Below, in pieces: positions 38,986-47,404 of a stretch of 64,000 nucleotides of DNA. Source of the stretch: an uncultured bacterium. Its GTDB lineage: Bacteria > Planctomycetota > UBA1135 > GCA-002686595. The stretch spans positions 256,001 through 320,000 of the forward strand of contig CALSNU010000002.1 in assembly GCA_943787795.1 (NCBI GenBank), read 5' to 3'. Both the position numbers and the translations under genes were made by a program. A model generated the notes under the pieces. The model was not told the origin of the DNA. It saw nothing but the letters and a program-made list of their open reading frames with translations, and made no database searches. Each line of letters begins with the position of its first letter. Positions within the stretch are counted from its first letter, which is position 1.

Positions 38986-39028
38986 GAGCCCCGGTCGACG
39001 TCCACCCCGGACGCACCGGGGCTTCTTC
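38986..39028 (+). terminator. Probable intrinsic terminator of the rpsT operon
   Basis: AGCCCCGGT...CGTCC-ACCCC-GGACG...ACCGGGGCT followed by TCTTC. Confidence 0.6.
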
Positions 39029-39256
39029 GTACCCCCGCCACCCCTCGCCGGTCCTGCGCCCGGTCTTTGGGGTCCTGCCGCGAGGACCCCTGCGGCGAGG
39101 ACCAAGGTCGGGCTCTGAGAACGAGGCTGCGCCCGCAGTCGCCGACCCGTCGCCCGGACGATCTCTCACCCTCTCGACGCCGATTCCCGGATCCACCCAC
39201 AGCGCGTGACGATGGGATGGCCTAGGAATGGGGACACGCAAGCCGCGCCCAACATC

Positions 39257-40843
39257 GTGAAGACCCTCCTCGACCTCGACTTCCAGAACCGCTTCACCCG
39301 GGATCTCCCCGCGGATCCCGAGACCACAACGCGCCCGCGCGAGGTGACCGGCGCCCTCTACTCAAGGGTCTCTCCCACGGCCGTCGCCGCCCCCAAGCTC
39401 GTCGCTGGCTCCTGGGAGTGCGCCACCCTCATCGGACTCGACCCTTCGGAGTTGGAGGGAGAGGACTTCGCCCGCGTCTTCGGTGGCAACGCGCTGGTAC
39501 CCGGGATGGACCCCTTCGCGATGGCGTACGGCGGGCATCAATTCGGCCACTGGGCTGGACAGCTCGGAGACGGGCGGGCGATCAACCTCGGTGAGATCCG
39601 CGGGCCCGAGGGAGCAGGCTGGACGCTCCAGCTCAAGGGGGCTGGCATGACCCCCTACTCGCGCCGAGCCGATGGGCTCGCGGTGCTCCGCTCCTCGGTG
39701 CGCGAGTTCCTTTGCAGCGAGGCGATGTCCCACCTCGGGGTCCCCACCACTCGCGCCCTGAGCCTCGTGACCACCGGGGATCAGGTGCTGCGGGACATGT
39801 TCTACGACGGCAACGCGAAGCTCGAGCCCGGCGCCGTCGTCTGCCGCGTGGCGCGCTCGTTCGTGCGCTTCGGCAGCTTCGAGCTCCCCGCCTCGCGGGG
39901 CGACGAGGCCCTGCTGCGCTCGCTCGCGGACCACGTGATCCGCACCTCGTTCCCCGAGCTGAACGCCCCGCCAGCAGGAACCCCGATCCCGGCCGAGACC
40001 TACGTCGCATGGATCCGAGAGGTCGTGCGCACCACCGCCGTCATGGTCGCTCACTGGATGCGGGTCGGCTTCGTCCACGGCGTCATGAACACCGACAACA
40101 TGTCGATCCTCGGCGAGACGATCGACTACGGCCCCTACGGCTGGCTTGAGGGCTACGACCCCGACTGGACGCCAAACACCACCGACGCCCAGGGCAAGCG
40201 CTATCGCTTCGGCAACCAGCATCAGATCGCCCACTGGAACCTGACGCGTCTGGCGAGCGCCGTGGTGCCGCTGGTCGGGGACGTCGAGGCGCTTCAGGAG
40301 GCGGTGGACGGCTTCCAGGCCATCTACACCGAGGCCTGGACGGGCATGTTGGCCTCGAAGCTGGGACTCCCGGAGTTCAACGAGGAGCGAGACGGCCCCC
40401 TCGCGGTGGAGCTCTTCCGGATCCTCGAGCTCCAGGAGACGGACATGACGATCTTCTTCCGCGAGCTCGCTGGTCCGCTCGGAGAGGACACGGTCACGGC
40501 GCTCGCGCGGGCCTCCTACGGCGACGGATTCGACGGGGCGACCGTCGCCGCGCTCGAGGCGTGGCTGGGTTCCTACCGCGGCCGGCTCAAAGCGCTGGGG
40601 GTCGAGGACGGCCCGCGGCGCGCGCGCATGGACGGCGCGAACCCTCGCTACGTCCTGCGCAACTACCTCGCGCAACTCGCCATCGACCGCGCGGCGAAGG
40701 GCGACCCCGCCGGCGTCACCGAGCTCCTCGAGGTCCTCCGACGACCGTACGAGGATCAGCCCGGGCGGGACGAGTTCGCTGCCCGACGGCCGGAGTGGGC
40801 CCGTCACCGGGCGGGCTGCTCGATGCTCTCCTGCAGCTCCTGA
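39257..40843 (+). CDS. selO: Protein adenylyltransferase SelO (YdiU)
   Basis: YGGHQFG, QLGDGRA, QLKGAGMTPYSRRADG, HGVMNTDN, IDYGPYG, NPRYVLRNY, C-terminal LSCSS. Confidence 0.96.
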   Translation: MKTLLDLDFQNRFTRDLPADPETTTRPREVTGALYSRVSPTAVAAPKLVAGSWECATLIGLDPSELEGEDFARVFGGNALVPGMDPFAMAYGGHQFGHWAGQLGDGRAINLGEIRGPEGAGWTLQLKGAGMTPYSRRADGLAVLRSSVREFLCSEAMSHLGVPTTRALSLVTTGDQVLRDMFYDGNAKLEPGAVVCRVARSFVRFGSFELPASRGDEALLRSLADHVIRTSFPELNAPPAGTPIPAETYVAWIREVVRTTAVMVAHWMRVGFVHGVMNTDNMSILGETIDYGPYGWLEGYDPDWTPNTTDAQGKRYRFGNQHQIAHWNLTRLASAVVPLVGDVEALQEAVDGFQAIYTEAWTGMLASKLGLPEFNEERDGPLAVELFRILELQETDMTIFFRELAGPLGEDTVTALARASYGDGFDGATVAALEAWLGSYRGRLKALGVEDGPRRARMDGANPRYVLRNYLAQLAIDRAAKGDPAGVTELLEVLRRPYEDQPGRDEFAARRPEWARHRAGCSMLSCSS

Positions 40844-40945
40844 GGCCTCGCCTCGGGACACCCGACGGCAGCCTCGCCCACGAACGGCCTCACAGCCTGC
40901 GCCCCACTCTGGCCATGGAGGCGGGAAGCGAGGTGCGGGTCAGCC

Positions 40946-43318
40946 TCACATCATCGAGGCCGGGTCAACGTCGATGGCCATGCGCGGACGCTGGGTCTGA
41001 AGATCCGCGAGGATCGCCCTGGCCCGGGAGAGCCCCTGTCCGGAGAGGGGCGCCTTCAGCAGCAGGTGCCAGCGGTGCCGACCCCGGAGGAGCGCCATGG
41101 GAGCAGGAGCAGGGCCCAGCACGTCCACCTTGTGCTCGCCGAGCGCCTCGCGGAGGATCGCGGCGGCCCGCGCCGCGGCGTCCTTGGCCCGCGCCTCCTC
41201 CTCGTCCTCCCAGATGACCCGCAGGAGGCGACGGTACGGCGGATAGCCCAGCTCGGATCGTGCCCGGTCCTCCTCGAGGGCGAAGGACTCGAAGTCATGA
41301 CGCGCCGCGTGCCGGATGGAGGGCTCCTCCACCGAGGTCGTCTGCACCACGATGTGCCCGGGTAGGTCGGCCCGGCCCGCGCGCCCCGAGACCTGGCTCA
41401 CCAGCTGATAGGTGCGCTCGGCCGCGCGGAAGTCAGGCTGATGCAGGGAGGCGTCCGCCGAGACGATGCCCACCAGCGTGACCTTCGGGAAGTCGAGCCC
41501 CTTGGCGATCATCTGCGTCCCCACCAGTACGTCCAGCTCGCCGCGCCCGAAGGCGGAAAGCGTCTCCTCGTAGTCCTCACGCCGCATCATCGTGTCCGAG
41601 TCCATGCGCCCCACCTTCGCGTGGGGACACAGCACCCGCAGGATCTCCTCCACCCGCTGCGACCCGGCGCCGAGGAAACGCAGGGCCGGGGCCGTGCAGG
41701 CGGGGCACGCGCGCGGCACCTCGATCTCCTGGCAGCACGAGTGGCACACCATCCGCTCGTGCCGCTTGTGCCAGGTCATCGCCACGTCGCAGTCCTCGCA
41801 GCGCAGGGTCTCGCCGCACTCCTGGCACCACAGGACCGGCGCGAAGCCGCGCCGATTGATGAAGAGGATGACCTGCTCGGAGCGCGCGATCGTCTCGCGG
41901 AGCAGCTGCTCGAGCCGGCGCGAGAACAGCCGCGGCTTGCCTCGCTCGTCGCGCTCGCCGCGCATGTCCACCACCTCGACCTCGGGGAGCGGCCGACCCG
42001 AGGCTCGGGCGCGGAGTTGAAGAAGCTCGTAGCGACCCAGGCTCGCGTTGCGCCAGCTCTCCAGCGACGGCGTCGCGCTCCCGAGGACACAGACCGCGTC
42101 CGCGTGCTTCGCCCGCAGCACAGCCACGTCCCGGGCGTGATAGCGAGGCACGCTGCCCTGCTTGTATGAGGGCTCGTGCTCCTCGTCCACGACGATGACG
42201 CCGAGGTCCTTGACCGGCGCGAAGATCGCCGACCGGGCGCCCACGACCACCCGCGCCTCGCCACGCCGGACCCGCTGCCACATGTCGAGGCGCTGCACGT
42301 CGGTCATCCCGCTATGCAGGACCGCGACGGCGCCGAAGCGGTCCAGGAACCACCCGACGGTCTGGGGCGTGAGCGCAATCTCCGGCACCAGCACGATGGC
42401 CCCCTTGCCGCGCTCGAGGGCCGCCTCGATCAGGCGCAGATAGACCTCCGTCTTGCCGCTCCCCGTGACGCCATGGAGCAGCGCCGTGCAGAAGCTCCCC
42501 TGATCCAACGCCTCGGTGAGCCGCTCGACCGCCGTCCCCTGGTCCTCCGTGAGCTGGGCGTGGCGCGGCCGCGCCTCGCGATCGCCCGAGAGGAGGTCAT
42601 CGGGGGCCGCCACCACGTGTTCGAGCACGGCGAGGCCCTTCTTGACCAGCGTGCGGATGGGCCCGTCGGTGACGTTGAGCTTCTTGATGACGTCGACGCG
42701 CGCGATGGGCCCACGCGCCTCGAGCAGGGTCCGAAGGACCCGGTGCTGCTTCGCGTTGGCCGCGCCCTCCAGCTCCGCGAGCCGGGATTCGTCCACGCCC
42801 TCGGCTGGCGACACCACCACCACCGTCCGGCGGCCGCCCTCGCGCTTCAGCGCCGCCGGGAGCACGGCCGCGAGCGCCTCGCCCCAGGAGCACGCGTAGT
42901 AGTCGGCCATCCATCGCGTGAGGTCGAGCAGGTGTTCGTCGAGCACCGGCTCCGAGTCCAGCACCTCGGCGATGGGCTTCAGGCGGCCCGCGGGGACGTC
43001 AGTGGTCTCCCGGGTGGCGACGACGACGGCGATCTCACGGCGCCCGGAGAAGGACACCACCACCCTCACCCCCGCCTCGACGCGCGCCTCCAGCTCCGCG
43101 GGGACCGCGTACGTGTACTCGCGCCGCATGGGCCGATTCAGGGCCACCTCGGCGAAGAGCTTCGCAGCCGGCCCCTTGGGGCCAGCGGCGCTGGATCCAG
43201 TGGCGCGGGATCCCGCCGAACGGCGGCGCTCGGGCTCACGCACGAGCTCGGGCCCGAAGAGGCCGTCGACCTTCTTCGTTGCCCCTAGCTCGTTACTCCT
43301 GCTCCGTCCTCGACCCAT
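40946..43318 (-). CDS. priA: Primosomal protein N' (replication restart helicase)
   Basis: GVTGSGKTEVY, VPEIALTPQ, DEEHE, four CxxC pairs, GTQMIAKGLDF, QVSGRAGR. Confidence 0.97.
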   Translation of the reverse strand: MGRGRSRSNELGATKKVDGLFGPELVREPERRRSAGSRATGSSAAGPKGPAAKLFAEVALNRPMRREYTYAVPAELEARVEAGVRVVVSFSGRREIAVVVATRETTDVPAGRLKPIAEVLDSEPVLDEHLLDLTRWMADYYACSWGEALAAVLPAALKREGGRRTVVVVSPAEGVDESRLAELEGAANAKQHRVLRTLLEARGPIARVDVIKKLNVTDGPIRTLVKKGLAVLEHVVAAPDDLLSGDREARPRHAQLTEDQGTAVERLTEALDQGSFCTALLHGVTGSGKTEVYLRLIEAALERGKGAIVLVPEIALTPQTVGWFLDRFGAVAVLHSGMTDVQRLDMWQRVRRGEARVVVGARSAIFAPVKDLGVIVVDEEHEPSYKQGSVPRYHARDVAVLRAKHADAVCVLGSATPSLESWRNASLGRYELLQLRARASGRPLPEVEVVDMRGERDERGKPRLFSRRLEQLLRETIARSEQVILFINRRGFAPVLWCQECGETLRCEDCDVAMTWHKRHERMVCHSCCQEIEVPRACPACTAPALRFLGAGSQRVEEILRVLCPHAKVGRMDSDTMMRREDYEETLSAFGRGELDVLVGTQMIAKGLDFPKVTLVGIVSADASLHQPDFRAAERTYQLVSQVSGRAGRADLPGHIVVQTTSVEEPSIRHAARHDFESFALEEDRARSELGYPPYRRLLRVIWEDEEEARAKDAAARAAAILREALGEHKVDVLGPAPAPMALLRGRHRWHLLLKAPLSGQGLSRARAILADLQTQRPRMAIDVDPASMM

Positions 43319-43418
43319 CCTTCACCGCGCAGCCCTGACGATACCCCCGGCTCACTGGGGCCGCACCCTTCCCTCGGCGGGGTCGCAGCGCCCAGGCCCG
43401 ATTCGAGGGAGCTCCCGC

Positions 43419-44840
43419 TCAGGCGGCGCCTTCGGGGTCCCTTCCGAGCACGATGATGGACACATCCGCAGGGAAGGACTCCTCGTCGGCGAAGGCCTCC
43501 AGCGCGGTCAGGATCCCATCCAGAACCACCTCCGTATCCTCATCCGCGTTACGGAGGAAGAGCTTGTAGAAGCGCTTCTCACCGATCTCCTCGCCCTTCA
43601 GCGAGACCACGCGGACCGCGCCCGTCCCCGCCAGCGCGACCCGATCACCGGGGGCCAGCGGGACCTGCCTGGCGGAGATGCTCCGCTCGAAGACCGGTCC
43701 GCGGTCGAACCCCAGCGCGATGCCGTCCGGCTGGATGGCGCGGATGACGTTCTCCTCACGGGACCAGTGGATGAGCGGGAGCTTGTGCCCCGCAGACACC
43801 ACCTCCAACTCGTGGCGCTCCTGGTCGAGGGCCGCTGCGAGGACGGTCACGAACATCCCGCGGCGGACCTCGCGCGCGAGGACGCGGTTCACACCCTTCA
43901 GCACGTCCTCGAGCGAGCCACCCTGGCGGAACGCCGTCTTCAGGTACGCGCGCGCCATGGCCCCGACCAGGGCTCCCGGCACTCCGGTCCCGCTCACGTC
44001 GCAGGCGAAGAAGATCAGCCGCCCGTCCTCGGCCTCTACGAAGTCGTGGAAGTCGCCGCCCGGCTCCGCCGACCCCACGTGCTCCGAGGCCACGTCGTAC
44101 CCTTCGGGGACCGGAATATCGGTGGGGCGGAGAGCCTCTTGAACCTCGAGCGCCACCTCACGTTCACGCTCCCTGACCGAGAGCTCCATCTCCGCGTCGC
44201 GCGCCTCGCGAAGGGAGTCGGTCATGCGGTCCATGGCCCCGGCAAGGAGCGCCACTTCCCCGCCGCCCTGGGCTCGCACCCGGTGGGTCAGGTTGCCGTT
44301 GGCGATCGCGCGGACATCGTCCACGAGCGAGGTGATCGGCTGGCTCACGCGGTTGGCGACGCCCACAGCCACCGCGGCGGCGACCATCAGCACGATCATG
44401 GTCAACGCGAAGACGAGGCCGTAGAGCTTCGCGAGCGGGTCGTCATCCACCGCCGCAGCAGCGGTCACGCCGACGATCTTGTTCTCGGTCTGCGCCTCGC
44501 GGAAGTAGGCGTAGCCGTCCTCTCCGCTCCGGTTCTCGGAGGTGAAGGTCACGCGACCCCGGAGGATGCCTGGCACGACCCGGACCGCGTCCGTGTTGGG
44601 CTGAATGAACGGCAGCTCGCCGTCCTGGTACTGCGACAGCGCGACGGCGGCCTCATCGCGGGCATCGTCGACCGCGGTCTCAAGGATCTCGCTGGTCGCC
44701 CCGAGCATCAGGTACGAGAAGACCAGCAGGACGAGCGTCAGGGGGATCATCATCGCCACGACGAAGCGCGGCGCGATCTTCAGCCCCACACCCCGCGAAC
44801 CGCTGCGCTCCCGCCCCGCGTCCTCGCGCTGACTCACCAT
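43419..44840 (-). CDS. Membrane HAMP + SpoIIE/RsbU-like PP2C domain protein (degenerate active site)
   Basis: Two TMs, HAMP, ALEVQEAL, GGDFHD, DVSGTGVPGAL, MFVT, SAGH; later motifs altered. Confidence 0.85.
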   Translation of the reverse strand: MVSQREDAGRERSGSRGVGLKIAPRFVVAMMIPLTLVLLVFSYLMLGATSEILETAVDDARDEAAVALSQYQDGELPFIQPNTDAVRVVPGILRGRVTFTSENRSGEDGYAYFREAQTENKIVGVTAAAAVDDDPLAKLYGLVFALTMIVLMVAAAVAVGVANRVSQPITSLVDDVRAIANGNLTHRVRAQGGGEVALLAGAMDRMTDSLREARDAEMELSVREREREVALEVQEALRPTDIPVPEGYDVASEHVGSAEPGGDFHDFVEAEDGRLIFFACDVSGTGVPGALVGAMARAYLKTAFRQGGSLEDVLKGVNRVLAREVRRGMFVTVLAAALDQERHELEVVSAGHKLPLIHWSREENVIRAIQPDGIALGFDRGPVFERSISARQVPLAPGDRVALAGTGAVRVVSLKGEEIGEKRFYKLFLRNADEDTEVVLDGILTALEAFADEESFPADVSIIVLGRDPEGAA

Positions 44841-45403
44841 CAGAGCAGCGACGCGCTGAAGGCCGCGAGGGAACCCACCACACCGCCACCATCGACCCCA
44901 AGGGTCCACGCGCTGGGCTCCAGGAAGAAGGTACGCAGCAGCGCCATGACGCCCAGGCCGTAGATGCCCGCGACCACGTCGTCCAGCAGGATCCCGTCCC
45001 CGCCGGGGATGCGCTCGAAGCGCTTCACGGGGGGCGGCTTGGCGATATCGAAGAAGCGGAACACCACGAACGCGACGAAGAGCGAGAGGAGGGTGGGTCC
45101 CCCGACCCAGGCCACGGTCACGAGGTAGCCGATGACCTCATCCACCACGAAGAAGCCCGGGTCCTTCCCCGCGTGGGCCTCGGCCCAGGGGGCCACGGCG
45201 CGCCCCAGAACGTAGAGGACGAGGGCCGCCACGAGCGCCGAGACCAGGAAGTTGGGGGTCCCGGAGAGCAGCCAGGCGATCAAGACGCCGCCGAGGGTCC
45301 CGAAGGTCCCCGGCGCCACCGGCGCGAGGCCCAACCCGCCGAAGGAAGACACGGCCATGCAGGCGATCGCCTTCGGGGTCCACCGGGTGCCCTCGGCGGT
45401 CAA
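44840..45403 (-). CDS. pgpA: Phosphatidylglycerophosphatase A
   Basis: APGTFGT, DPGFFVVDEVIG, FRFFDIAKP, GILLDDVVAG; TTG start overlapping pgsA stop. Confidence 0.93.
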   Translation of the reverse strand: MTAEGTRWTPKAIACMAVSSFGGLGLAPVAPGTFGTLGGVLIAWLLSGTPNFLVSALVAALVLYVLGRAVAPWAEAHAGKDPGFFVVDEVIGYLVTVAWVGGPTLLSLFVAFVVFRFFDIAKPPPVKRFERIPGGDGILLDDVVAGIYGLGVMALLRTFFLEPSAWTLGVDGGGVVGSLAAFSASLL

Positions 45404-46032
45404 GCGTCGACCTCCCTGAGGATGTCGCGCGTCCGGAGGCAATAGGTGATCCCGGAGCCAATGGTGGTCACCAGAGTCAGCAGAACGAGGCCCTTGACGA
45501 CCAGGTCCCAGAAGTGGAGCCACCAGTCCCCCCAGGGGAAGGCCTCGATCCAGATCAGCCCCCCGACCGCGATGCTCTGGACGATCATCTTGATCTTGCC
45601 GAAGCCGTCAGCCGGGAACTCTCGCCCGAGGCTCTCGATGTAGCCGCGCAGCCCGGTCACCAGGAACTCCCGGGCGAGGATCACCACAACGTAGGTCGCC
45701 GGGAGGCGCTCAGCCGACCAGGGCATGACGCACAGGTAGACCATGGAGCCCAGGATCAAGACCTTGTCCGTGAAGGGGTCCGCGATCCGGCCGAAGGCCG
45801 TGATGATCTGATCCCTGCGTGCGAGGTAGCCGTCCAGGTAGTCGGTGGCCGCGACGACCACGAAGAGCCAGAAGGCGATGAAGAACGGAGCTCGCTTCTG
45901 CTCGATCTGCTCCGCAGACACGTCCCCCCAGACCGCGAAGATGGCGAACAGCACGAGGGAGCCAGCGAAGCGGATCATGGTGATCCGGTTGGGCCAGTGG
46001 GCGAAGACGCCGTCGCGATCCGCTCCGGTCAT
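45400..46032 (-). CDS. pgsA: CDP-diacylglycerol--glycerol-3-phosphate phosphatidyltransferase
   Basis: PNRITMIR, TDYLDGYLAR, GRIADPFTDK, REFLVTGLR, GKIKM. Confidence 0.9.
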   Translation of the reverse strand: MTGADRDGVFAHWPNRITMIRFAGSLVLFAIFAVWGDVSAEQIEQKRAPFFIAFWLFVVVAATDYLDGYLARRDQIITAFGRIADPFTDKVLILGSMVYLCVMPWSAERLPATYVVVILAREFLVTGLRGYIESLGREFPADGFGKIKMIVQSIAVGGLIWIEAFPWGDWWLHFWDLVVKGLVLLTLVTTIGSGITYCLRTRDILREVDA

Positions 46033-47387
46033 GCCGGATCTCCCGCCACCTGCGTGCCGATCCAATTGTGTTCCTGGTCGGTGGCCTCGATGCGCACGCG
46101 GATGCGGTCTCCGACCGCGGCATCAGGTGCTGCCGCGAAGGTGACCATGTCGACCTCGGGCGCATCATGGACCGTACGACCAACAATGACGCCGCCGTCG
46201 GGGTCAGGCGGCTCGTCCACGAGCACCTCGACCTCCGTCCCGATAGCACTGGATTGGGTCTTGGCCAACTGAGCGTCACGCTCCTCGAGCACCGCATCCC
46301 GGCGGGCCATGGCCTCCTCCTCCGGGACGCTCCCCTCGAGGCCGAAGCCCGGGGTGCCCTCCTCGGGGGAGTACGTGAAGGCGCCGACTCGGGAGAGCTC
46401 GAACTCGCGGATGAGGTCCACGACCTCGGCGGCGTCCTGGTCGGTCTCCCCGGGGAAGCCAAGCAGCACCGTGGTCCGCAGCGTCAGGCCAGGCACCTCG
46501 GTGCGCAGGCGGTCCAGCGTACGGCGGACCTGATCGCCGCTGCCTGCCCGGCGCATGGCCCGCAGTACGGGCGTCGCGGCGTGCTGAACAGGGATGTCCA
46601 GGTAGGGCACCACCTTGGGGTGCTCCGCGAGCAGGGGTGCGAGGTCCCAGGGAAAGCGGTTGGGGTAGGCGTACATCACGCGCAGCCTGGCGTCACCGTC
46701 GAGGTCTGCGAGGGACTCCACGAGGGCGGGTAGCTCCGTGCCCAGGTCGCGCCCCCAGGCGGTCGAGTCCTCTGCCACCACAACCAGTTCCTTGACGCCA
46801 GCGCCGATCAGCTCCTCGGCCTCCTCGAGGACATCGGAGGGGCGCTTCGAGCGATGGGGTCCGCGGATCGAGGGGATGGCGCAGAAGGAGCACGTGTGGT
46901 CGCAGCCATGGGAGATCCGCAGATAGGCGTAGCTGCCAGGCGTAGCGAGGAGCCGAGCCCCCTCACGGCGCGGCTCACGCAGGCCGGGCCCCTCGAGGTA
47001 CCGCTGATGCTTCTCCCCCTCGGACATGCTGCGGATGTTCCGGGCGAGCGCGCGGTAGTCGCTGATCTCCGCGAACATGTCCACGTCGGGATACTGACGC
47101 TCGAGGGTCCGGCGGTAGCGCTGGACCAGGCAGCCCGCGACGACCACGGCGCCCAGGTCCCCCGCCTGCTTGCGCTCCACGAGATCACGGATCGCGCCGT
47201 GGCTCTCCTCTCTCGCAGGCCCGATGAAGGAGCAGGTGTTCAGGACCACCGTGTGCGCCTCCTCCGGATCGCCCGTGACGACGAGCCCTTCCTCCGCCAT
47301 CCGACCGAGGATCAGCTCGGAGTCGATCAGGTTCCTGGCACACCCGAGGTGAATCAGGGCCACACGGTCAGCGGGACGGACTGTCAA
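46029..47387 (-). CDS. rimO: Ribosomal protein S12 methylthiotransferase RimO
   Basis: LGCARNLIDSE, NTCSFI, CDHTCSFCAIP radical SAM motif, GFPGET, TRAM domain DAPEVD. Confidence 0.95.
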   Translation of the reverse strand: MTVRPADRVALIHLGCARNLIDSELILGRMAEEGLVVTGDPEEAHTVVLNTCSFIGPAREESHGAIRDLVERKQAGDLGAVVVAGCLVQRYRRTLERQYPDVDMFAEISDYRALARNIRSMSEGEKHQRYLEGPGLREPRREGARLLATPGSYAYLRISHGCDHTCSFCAIPSIRGPHRSKRPSDVLEEAEELIGAGVKELVVVAEDSTAWGRDLGTELPALVESLADLDGDARLRVMYAYPNRFPWDLAPLLAEHPKVVPYLDIPVQHAATPVLRAMRRAGSGDQVRRTLDRLRTEVPGLTLRTTVLLGFPGETDQDAAEVVDLIREFELSRVGAFTYSPEEGTPGFGLEGSVPEEEAMARRDAVLEERDAQLAKTQSSAIGTEVEVLVDEPPDPDGGVIVGRTVHDAPEVDMVTFAAAPDAAVGDRIRVRIEATDQEHNWIGTQVAGDPA

Positions 47388-47404
47388 GGGGATCAGAGGT
47401 CAGG

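Noticed and set aside
40820..40843. Selenocysteine read-through at the SelO TGA
   Set aside because: The protein already ends in CSS with Cys at the position equivalent to Sec; TGA is the usual stop codon here
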